Origin: Prevotella sp. | GTDB taxonomy: Bacteria; Bacteroidota; Bacteroidia; Bacteroidales; Dysgonomonadaceae | Direction of reading: 5' to 3' | DNA length: 64,000 bases | Assembly (NCBI GenBank): GCA_031285625.1 | Contig: JAITVV010000070.1 | Coordinates: forward strand, 1-64,000 | Shown here: piece after piece, positions 53,373 to 61,507 of the stretch | How the letters are laid out: the number at the start of each line of letters is the position of its first letter | How positions within the stretch are numbered: the stretch's first letter is position 1 | Notes under the pieces: model-generated | Databases searched by the model: none | The model's input: only the letters and a program-made list of their open reading frames with translations | Told to the model about the DNA's origin: nothing | Made by a program: the position numbers and the translations under genes

Positions 53373-54926
53373 ATGAAAAAGATAGATTCTGTTATTTCAT
53401 TGTTGCATTCGTTATCCAAATCGGAGAAGAAGCATATTACTTTACATGTCTTGAGTGGAAATGAAAACAAAGATTATTTGATTATTTACGATCTTATAAT
53501 CAATCAGAAAATATATGATACACAGAGTATCAAAATGGAATTTACGAAATCAAAACCAACCGGTTCTTTTGAGATTGCAGTTCATTATTTATATGATAAA
53601 ATACTCAATTCTCTATTGATGCTTCGTAAAAAGAAGGACATAGTGTATGATTTGTTTCAAATAATAAGTAAAGTGAGGATGTTGTACGAGCGTTCCTTAT
53701 TTCATGAATGCTTCGAGCTGCTTTCCGAAGCGATTGAAATGGCCCGGAAATACCAATATTACGAAATATTGATAATTGCCTTAAGGCTTGAGTTGGAATA
53801 TTTGTTCCGCCTCAATTTTCCGGACATATCGGAACAGGAACTATATCATAGGCATTATGAGCTGGGTGATGCTATAAAAAACATTCGAAATATCACGGAA
53901 CAATCTTCTCTTCATGATACATTGAAATACCGGTTGATATATAAAGGAAGCATTCGTACAGATAAACAAAAGCGAGAAATGAATGACCTGATGGTTAGCG
54001 AATTTTATATTGCCGCATCTACAGAAAGTAAAAACAATTTTGAAATAAAAAAGAACCACCAGTTGTTTCAATCAAGCTATTTGATGGGTGTCGGTGATTT
54101 CAATTCAGCTTTAGAAACTCTGAAAGAACTAAATAGGGTCTTCGAAAATAATCCGGAGCACTGGGCAAATCCTCCAATCTACTATATGTCGGTATTGGAA
54201 GGTATATTGAGTAGCTTACGCTTCTATGGCAACTATGAAGAAATGGGATATTATGTCGAAAAACTGAAAATTTTAGCTGAATCGTCATCGGTAGAATTTA
54301 AAGTAAATACCTTATGTCTGGTTTTCCAATATGAATTGTTTCCTTGGCTAGATAAAGGTGATTATGAGAAATGTAAGGAGATTATAGAAGAGTATGATGA
54401 ACGTTTGTTCAGTAAAGAAAGCTGGTTAAATCCTATCCGGCTCAGTGAATTAATATTGTATACCTCGATAGTACATATTGGAATGAAAGAATTTTCTAAG
54501 GCAAAGAAACGTTTGAATAGTCTTTTATTTGATCGGTTTATGGATTATTTACCTATTAAAAAGATAATCCGCCTCATGCGTCTGATTGTTTATTATGAAT
54601 TGGGTGATTTTGATTTGATCAGATTTGAAACACGTTCTATCAAAAGAGGGATGACCAATAAAAAAGAGCCACATTACAGAACAGAGCATATGTTGCTTTG
54701 GTTTCTTAATAATGAAAATCTGCCTGTCTTTAACAAAGACAAAGATGATTTGTGGAAAAAAATTTCTAATCAACTTACCGAATGGCAGGATAACCGTTAT
54801 GAGCGCCAGATATTATATTTATTTGATTTTACTGCATGGATAGAAGCTAAAATCTTTAAGAAGCCACTTTCTACAATAATGGAAAAAAATTTTGAAGAAA
54901 AAATGAAAAATAATACACAGCATTAA
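53373..54926 (+). CDS. Cytoplasmic alpha-helical protein, putative PUL regulator (RusR-like)
   Basis: No signal peptide; SLLHSLSKSEKK N-terminus; TPR-like helices; divergent from the corrinoid operon and upstream of ribokinase. Confidence 0.5.
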   Translation: MKKIDSVISLLHSLSKSEKKHITLHVLSGNENKDYLIIYDLIINQKIYDTQSIKMEFTKSKPTGSFEIAVHYLYDKILNSLLMLRKKKDIVYDLFQIISKVRMLYERSLFHECFELLSEAIEMARKYQYYEILIIALRLELEYLFRLNFPDISEQELYHRHYELGDAIKNIRNITEQSSLHDTLKYRLIYKGSIRTDKQKREMNDLMVSEFYIAASTESKNNFEIKKNHQLFQSSYLMGVGDFNSALETLKELNRVFENNPEHWANPPIYYMSVLEGILSSLRFYGNYEEMGYYVEKLKILAESSSVEFKVNTLCLVFQYELFPWLDKGDYEKCKEIIEEYDERLFSKESWLNPIRLSELILYTSIVHIGMKEFSKAKKRLNSLLFDRFMDYLPIKKIIRLMRLIVYYELGDFDLIRFETRSIKRGMTNKKEPHYRTEHMLLWFLNNENLPVFNKDKDDLWKKISNQLTEWQDNRYERQILYLFDFTAWIEAKIFKKPLSTIMEKNFEEKMKNNTQH

Positions 54927-55095
54927 TTCTCATCTTTTTAGTTGAATTTACAAAATGTAGATTTATATAAAAATGCAGATCAACGTATATATATAAAATT
55001 AATATTCAATTAATTACAAATAATTTTTATAATAAAACCAAATTTGAATTATATAAATAGCAATTTTTTAGTCATTATCTAGTAAATACTCACTA

Positions 55096-55103
55096 TATAT
55101 TTG
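55096..55103 (+). promoter_or_regulatory. -7 promoter element for rbsK2 operon
   Basis: TATATTTG ~93 nt upstream of ATG. Confidence 0.45.
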
Positions 55104-55195
55104 ATATTAATTAAATCAATATATGAAAATGCGATGAAAAATCCACATAAAAATCGCAATACTCATCATTAAGAAACATAATTATTTACTAATAC

Positions 55196-56092
55196 ATGAA
55201 AAAAATAGTTGTTATAGGAAGTAGTAATACAGATATGGTAATAAAGTCTGATAAATTGCCAAACCCGGGCGAAACAATCCTGGGTGGAGAATTTTTGCTA
55301 AATCCCGGAGGTAAAGGGGCTAATCAGGCAGTAACTGCTGCAAGACTTGGTGGAAAAGTCACATTTATTGCAAAAATAGGCAGTGATGCATTTGGCAAAA
55401 ATTCAATAAATCTATATTCGTCCGAAGGTATAAATACCGAATTTATTTTTTCTGATCCGGAAAAGCCGTCAGGTGTAGCATTAATAAATGTAAATGAAAG
55501 TGGTGAGAATTGTATTGTAGTAGCTCCGGGTGCTAATGGCTTATTATCGGTAGAAGATATAGAAAAAGCGAAATATGAGATTGAATCTGCCGATATCTTA
55601 TTAATGCAACTGGAAATCCCTCTATCTGTGGTTGAGTATTCCGCTAAGCTGGCATACGAAAAAGGTATAAAGGTTATTCTGAATCCGGCTCCGGCCAATG
55701 AACTTTCTAACTCCTTACTAAAATGTCTGTATATTATAACACCAAATAAGAATGAAGCGGAGGCACTCTCGGGAATAAAAATAACTGATATCGAAAGTGC
55801 AAAAAGTGCAGCTGCAGTAATAAGAGAAAAAGGAGTTGACACAGTAATAATTACGATGGGCGAATTAGGCGCTATCATTTGTGATGACCAACTTCATCAA
55901 ATCCCTGCCGTAAACGTAAAAACAGTGGATACAACAGCTGCGGGTGATGTATTTAATGGAGCTTTATCAGTGGCGCTGGCTGAAGATAAAAGCATAGTGG
56001 ATGCAGTAATATTTGCCTGTAAATGTGCTGCGCTGTCGGTGACCAAACTAGGTGCCCAGTCATCTATTCCCTACCGGAACAATATTGTTTGA
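55196..56092 (+). CDS. rbsK: Ribokinase, copy 2
   Basis: GSSNTDM, PGGKGANQA, TPNKNEA, DTTAAGDVFNG. Confidence 0.92.
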   Translation: MKKIVVIGSSNTDMVIKSDKLPNPGETILGGEFLLNPGGKGANQAVTAARLGGKVTFIAKIGSDAFGKNSINLYSSEGINTEFIFSDPEKPSGVALINVNESGENCIVVAPGANGLLSVEDIEKAKYEIESADILLMQLEIPLSVVEYSAKLAYEKGIKVILNPAPANELSNSLLKCLYIITPNKNEAEALSGIKITDIESAKSAAAVIREKGVDTVIITMGELGAIICDDQLHQIPAVNVKTVDTTAAGDVFNGALSVALAEDKSIVDAVIFACKCAALSVTKLGAQSSIPYRNNIV

Positions 56093-56127
56093 AATAATAT
56101 AAACCTATAAATCAAATACAAAATTAT

Positions 56128-58764
56128 ATGCGTAGTTTTTTATTTTTTATTTTAGTCATACTGGTTTCAATGAAGCCATTTGCTGTATTCCCAGGAGAGC
56201 AAAACCAAAATCTGTCTCTGTCCGGAATGGTAACGGCATCATCTAATGCCGGAAAGCAATATCATGAGAAGAATGTTGCCGATAATAACATGGAAACTTT
56301 ATGGAAGGCAAAAAAGTCAAATGCAGAACAATGGTTGCTTATCGATCTGAAGAGTAATTATGCATTAAATAAGATAAGCCAGACTTTTGGAAATACGGCT
56401 GTCTGGAAATTCAAGATTGAAGGTTCTGTAGATAAACAGAATTGGACAATGCTGGTTGATAAAACAAAGGGCGCCTCAGGAATATCATTTGCCGAAAGTG
56501 TGTCCGGGGTTTACCGTTATGTACGGTTAACAATATCCGGATCCGGTAACAATGATATTGCTTCATCAGCCGAATTTGCAATCTATGGAACCGATAAGGG
56601 TACTAATATTGCCTTGGGTAAATATTTTAACACTCATGTGCGACAAGAAGGCTTCGAACCGGAAAAAGCACTTGATGGCGATATTGCGACATATTGGAGA
56701 GCATCGAATACCTATCCGCAGACGTTGACTTTAGATTTGAGAAGAATGTGCATGATTACCGGGGTAAGACAGGTGTTTAAGCAGCATGACATATGGAAAT
56801 TTAAAATAGAAGGATCAAAGGACAACCAGCAATGGGATAGCCTGTTAGATAACTCACAAGGCGATAGGGGATTCGATTTCTCTACTTCTGTTTCGGGTGA
56901 CTACCATTTTATCCGGTTAACCATTCTGGAATCTTCATCAGGGTATATTGCCAATAGTTGCGAATTTTGTGTCTACGGATTCGAATCGGACAATAATGAA
57001 GTAAAGCCGCTCCGTAAGAATCTGGCTTATAATACAGCAGCATCTACTTCTTCATTCGACCGGAACGACTATTCGCAATATAAAGCTTTGGATGGTAATG
57101 AGCATACATTCTGGCGCGCCGACGATACATCAATGCCGCAATGGCTATTGGTTGATTTAGGAAACTCATGCCAAATCGATGAAATAAGCCAGGTATTTAC
57201 AAATGAGGATACATGGAAGTTTAAAATTGAGGCTTCGAACGATAAAGATAACTGGACAGAAATAGCTGATGAAACGGCCGGTTATACAGGTTCCCGTTAC
57301 TCAAAGGCTATGAATGGCTATTATCGTTACGTAAAGATTACTATAACAGATGCTGAAAATAAAAACCGGGCCGGAAGTAAGGAATTAGCTATATATGGTA
57401 CGGGATCTCCCAAGACAGCAAAATGGTGGGAAGATAAGTCCGGAATGTCACGCTATTATCCAAAATTCTATAAGCAGACTTTTCCATCCATTATCGACAG
57501 TTTAGATATTATTCAGGCACAGGGATATAATATTCTCGAATTCTCAGCTCCTTACGAGGGCGATCCTGAAGTATGGGGAGGTTTGGGAGCTACCAACAAT
57601 TATGCTATCGATCCTTCGATAGGCACAATGGAAGATTTTGAACGCTTACTCAGGGAAGCTCACGCCCGTGACATGAAGGTTATCTTCTTCGGAAATGTAG
57701 GTTATTGCTGGCATGAAGCTCCTTTTTTCCAAAAAGCATGTGACGATGAGAGGAATAAAGTAAACAGCAAAGAACGCAAATGGTTCCATTTTAGCCAGAC
57801 AAAACATAGCGACAGTTGGTTCTGGAGCGAGAGAGCCCAGGCATATTACTATTCATTCTGGGGTAATTCTGATGGTGCAGAAGGGCGTATACCTAATTAT
57901 AATTTCAACAATCAGGAATGGCGCGATGAATGTGTGAACTATCTTAATTTTTGGTCGAATAAAGGTGTTGACGGACTATTGCTTGATGCTCCCGGAGCCT
58001 ATGATGGTATCAATGATGCCATTATAGAAGAAAATATAGTGAAGGTTCTTAACCGTCATGGTATAGTTACTAATGCTGAAGGTTCAGGGGATGTATATCA
58101 TTGGATGCACCGTTTCGGATTCAACAGTATACAGGGATTTGATGTATATGGCTGGGGTGGAGGTAAGCGAAGTGATATACTTGCCGGGCGAAAGACAAAT
58201 ACCCCTCAGGGACTGGATAAAAAACTAAAGGAGTACAGAGACATGGCAAATGCTTTTAATGGTGTTACCATAACTCCTCCGATGTGGGAAATACCTGCTA
58301 CTGAAGATGAACGGATATTTGAAGTTGCTTATCTGACAACTTTAGGAACCATCTTTGTAAATCATTACGGGGATCATCACCGTGACTATATCGCACAATT
58401 TATTATGAGCAAATGGCCTCTTGAAAAGCAAAAAGAATTCTATGATCTTGTTCGCACCCAGAATAGCTATATTGGACTGGCTCCTTACGGACAACGCATG
58501 TGTTTGCCTACAAATGACGATGAAAAATATACGGCATTCAAGAGAACCAATAAGGATGGAAAAGTTTCGGCACTCGTTATCTTCAACTTTCAGGATGCAG
58601 AAAGTACTATATCTGTCGATCTTAGAAACTCTGGGATAGACCATTCACACACACCTATCGATTTGTTGACAGGGAAAGCGGCCAAACCGATCACTTCCGA
58701 TAAATATGCAGTTTCTGTACCTGCCTATGGATATCTGATTTTGGGTGTGGAAAACGAAATGTAA
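56128..58764 (+). CDS. Secreted protein: three discoidin (F5/8, CBM32-like) domains + GH13-like TIM barrel
   Basis: Three repeats of A.D.N..T.W...QWL..DL...WKFKIE.S.D...W...YRYV; YAIDPSIGTMEDFERLLREAHARDMKVI, GVDGLLLDAP. Confidence 0.75.
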   Translation: MRSFLFFILVILVSMKPFAVFPGEQNQNLSLSGMVTASSNAGKQYHEKNVADNNMETLWKAKKSNAEQWLLIDLKSNYALNKISQTFGNTAVWKFKIEGSVDKQNWTMLVDKTKGASGISFAESVSGVYRYVRLTISGSGNNDIASSAEFAIYGTDKGTNIALGKYFNTHVRQEGFEPEKALDGDIATYWRASNTYPQTLTLDLRRMCMITGVRQVFKQHDIWKFKIEGSKDNQQWDSLLDNSQGDRGFDFSTSVSGDYHFIRLTILESSSGYIANSCEFCVYGFESDNNEVKPLRKNLAYNTAASTSSFDRNDYSQYKALDGNEHTFWRADDTSMPQWLLVDLGNSCQIDEISQVFTNEDTWKFKIEASNDKDNWTEIADETAGYTGSRYSKAMNGYYRYVKITITDAENKNRAGSKELAIYGTGSPKTAKWWEDKSGMSRYYPKFYKQTFPSIIDSLDIIQAQGYNILEFSAPYEGDPEVWGGLGATNNYAIDPSIGTMEDFERLLREAHARDMKVIFFGNVGYCWHEAPFFQKACDDERNKVNSKERKWFHFSQTKHSDSWFWSERAQAYYYSFWGNSDGAEGRIPNYNFNNQEWRDECVNYLNFWSNKGVDGLLLDAPGAYDGINDAIIEENIVKVLNRHGIVTNAEGSGDVYHWMHRFGFNSIQGFDVYGWGGGKRSDILAGRKTNTPQGLDKKLKEYRDMANAFNGVTITPPMWEIPATEDERIFEVAYLTTLGTIFVNHYGDHHRDYIAQFIMSKWPLEKQKEFYDLVRTQNSYIGLAPYGQRMCLPTNDDEKYTAFKRTNKDGKVSALVIFNFQDAESTISVDLRNSGIDHSHTPIDLLTGKAAKPITSDKYAVSVPAYGYLILGVENEM

Positions 58765-58776
58765 AGACTTTAATAA

Positions 58777-58952
58777 TGAAGTCGTCTCGACTTTTTAAAC
58801 ACAGAGTAAAAGGAGTAACACGGAGTTTTTAGACTTTATAGCAGGAAACAGATGTATTTTAAAGATAAATATTCACTTTTTTGTCATGTAGTGTACATTT
58901 TTTACTCCGTGGAACTCTGTGAGACTCCGTGTTAAAAGTCAAGATGAATTCA
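58777..58952. repeat. ~50-bp imperfect inverted repeat element (CACRGAG-type)
   Basis: TGAAGTCGTCTCGACTTTTTAAACACAGAG..CACGGAGT ... ACTCCGTG..CTCTGTG..CTCCGTGTTAAAAGTCAAGATGAATTCA. Confidence 0.7.
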
Positions 58953-59013
58953 ATAGAATATCTAATTGAAGTAAAACACTATCTATATTGTTAACAATTA
59001 AATAGAATAGAAT

Positions 59014-60024
59014 ATGTTTATTGTAGAAAGCTACCCTTTAGCAATATTATTTTGTGTAATAACAATGCTGTGTTGGGGTTCATGGGGAAATACACAAAAG
59101 TTAGCCGCTAAAACATGGCGATACGAGCTGTTTTATTGGGACTACGTGATTGGCATTGTAATTTTATCCGTAATACTTGGCTTCACACTTGGAAGTTTTG
59201 GTGAAGAGGGTAGAAGCTTTATCGAAGACCTGAAGCAAGTAAGCGGATCTATGGTTTTAAGTGCCATTATCGGAGGTATTGTGTTCAATGCTGCTAATAT
59301 ATTATTGTCTGCGTCTATTTCGCTGGCAGGTATGTCTGTCGCATTCCCATTAGGAGTAGGGCTGGCTTTGGTTTTGGGCGTATTCATTAATTATTTAAAT
59401 ACACCAAAAGGAGATCCGGTTATTTTATTTCTGGGTGTAGCTCTGATTGTAATTGCCATAATATTTAACGGCATTGCTTCCGGGAAAATGACTAAAAGCA
59501 GCGAAGAGATGAAAACTAGGAAAAAAGGAATAATCATCGCTGTTTGTGCAGGTATCCTTATGTCATTCTTCTACAGATTTGTGGCACGTGCTATGGATTT
59601 GGATAATTTCGAAAATCCTACTCCGGGCATGATGACTCCTTATTCTGCATTTTTTGTATTCTCGCTTGGAATATTAGCAAGTAACTTCCTGTTTAATACA
59701 TTGGTTATGAAGAAACCATTTGTTGGTGGCCCTGTCACTTATTCCGAATATTTCAAAGGTAATGCTAAAACACACATGGTAGGAATATTGGGCGGTTTGA
59801 TATGGGGGTTGGGTACCGCTTTCAGTTATATAGCAGCAGGCAAGGCCGGAGCTCCCATATCATATGCATTAGGTCAGGGAGCACCTATGATCGCCGCACT
59901 GTGGGGAGTCTTTGTCTGGAACGAATTTAAAGGAGCTAATAAGACAGTTAATATATTACTTACATGCATGTTTATTCTGTTTATATCGGGACTGGGACTT
60001 ATTGTGGTTTCAGGAGGAAATTAG
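59014..60024 (+). CDS. DMT-superfamily sugar/ureide permease (GRP family, RusT-like)
   Basis: MLCWGSWGNTQKL, WRYELFYWDY, YALGQGAPMIAALWGVFVWNEF. Confidence 0.85.
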   Translation: MFIVESYPLAILFCVITMLCWGSWGNTQKLAAKTWRYELFYWDYVIGIVILSVILGFTLGSFGEEGRSFIEDLKQVSGSMVLSAIIGGIVFNAANILLSASISLAGMSVAFPLGVGLALVLGVFINYLNTPKGDPVILFLGVALIVIAIIFNGIASGKMTKSSEEMKTRKKGIIIAVCAGILMSFFYRFVARAMDLDNFENPTPGMMTPYSAFFVFSLGILASNFLFNTLVMKKPFVGGPVTYSEYFKGNAKTHMVGILGGLIWGLGTAFSYIAAGKAGAPISYALGQGAPMIAALWGVFVWNEFKGANKTVNILLTCMFILFISGLGLIVVSGGN

Positions 60025-60163
60025 TTAATCTATAGGATTAGGATTTGAATTAGGTGTTTAAAGTAAAAGGTGACAAAGTGAAAATGCAAAGAGGGGTTAA
60101 AGCTGTAACTTTTGTCACCTTTTCGATTATCGATCGAAGTCTAATATTTTAAAAATATTAATT

Positions 60164-61342
60164 ATGAAAAGAAAAATTCTTACGCATCTCTTTCTTATCA
60201 TATTTTTATTGGTAGGCAACTCTGTTTTTTCTCAAGATTTTGCTGGGGATCTCAGTAGCCTGATCACTATAAAAAAAGATATGAAAAGCCGCCGTATCAG
60301 CACGGCAGACCCAACAGGTAACAATCATGACAATACAGGGTTAATCAAGATTGGAGATAAGAAGGTAATCGAGATTGAAGGATCTGGAATCATCAATCAT
60401 ATCTGGATGACGATTGCTCCCTGGGATATGAGGCGAAATGATATTATTTTACGCATATATTGGGATGGAAATGACTATCCTTCAGTTGAATCACCGCTGG
60501 CTGCATTCTTTGGAAACGGCTGGGACGAAAAATATAATTATGCATCTTTGCCGCTGGCAGTAGGACCTGCCGACGGAACAGGTATGGTATCTTATTTTCA
60601 GATGCCATTTAAAAACGGAGCTAAAATAGAAATTGAAAATCAGGCAGATCGAAATATCGACTGTATATATTTCTATATAGATTATGTGGAAATGAATGAG
60701 CTACCTGATTATATAGGTCGTTTCCATGCATGGTACAATCATAAATTAACAGAAGCATTGCCAGAAGGCGAGACCGAATGGGGGGTTGTCGGCACAATGG
60801 AAAACAATGTAGATGGTGCCAGAAATTATGTTTTCATCGATACTAAGGGAAAAGGACATTTTGTAGGTATCAACTATTATGTACATTGCCCTTCTCCGAT
60901 GTGGTATGGCGAAGGAGACGATATGTTTTTTATAGATGGTGAAAAACGGGCATCGATTTTAGGTACGGGAACCGAAGACTTTTTCAATACCTCGTGGTGT
61001 CCCAAAACACTTTTCGCTCATCCTTATTACGGGTATGCCAGAGTAAATAATGAGATTGGCTGGCTGGGAAGGACACATGTATACAGGTTTTTTGTTTCAG
61101 ATCCAATATATTTTGACAAATCGCTAAAAGGTACTATCGAGCATGGTCATAACAATAATCTGACACTCGATATCGGTACTGTAGCATACTGGTACCAAAG
61201 TGAAGCGGGCATATTACCTCCGGCACCAACGAAAGAACAACGTGCTCCTAAAGCATTCATTATCGATCGTGATATACATAAGTGGCGTCATGAATGGAGA
61301 AAGAGTAAAGGAAATAGTTCTACATTGTGGGGTAATGAATAA
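60164..61342 (+). CDS. GH172 (DUF2961) furanosidase
   Basis: Signal peptide; GSGIINHIW, RFHAWY, WYGEGDDMFFIDG, GTGTEDFFN. Confidence 0.9.
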   Translation: MKRKILTHLFLIIFLLVGNSVFSQDFAGDLSSLITIKKDMKSRRISTADPTGNNHDNTGLIKIGDKKVIEIEGSGIINHIWMTIAPWDMRRNDIILRIYWDGNDYPSVESPLAAFFGNGWDEKYNYASLPLAVGPADGTGMVSYFQMPFKNGAKIEIENQADRNIDCIYFYIDYVEMNELPDYIGRFHAWYNHKLTEALPEGETEWGVVGTMENNVDGARNYVFIDTKGKGHFVGINYYVHCPSPMWYGEGDDMFFIDGEKRASILGTGTEDFFNTSWCPKTLFAHPYYGYARVNNEIGWLGRTHVYRFFVSDPIYFDKSLKGTIEHGHNNNLTLDIGTVAYWYQSEAGILPPAPTKEQRAPKAFIIDRDIHKWRHEWRKSKGNSSTLWGNE

Positions 61343-61382
61343 TTAAAGCTAATCATTAGTATAACTTAGATATTGGTTACTT

Positions 61383-61470
61383 CTTGTCATTCTGAACATA
61401 GTGAAGAATCTCTTCTCTTCTATCTATGAAAAATGGGTTGGGATGTTTCACTCCGTTCAACATGACAAAG
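61383..61470. repeat. REP-like palindromic repeat, same family as 36413-36490 (inverted)
   Basis: CTTGTCATTCTGAAC...GATGTTTCACTCCGTTCAACATGACAAAG; 28-nt arm matches the 36416-36443 copy with 1 mismatch. Confidence 0.8.
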
Positions 61471-61507
61471 AGAATTGAACGTAAAATAACTATATCAAAT
61501 TTTAAAG

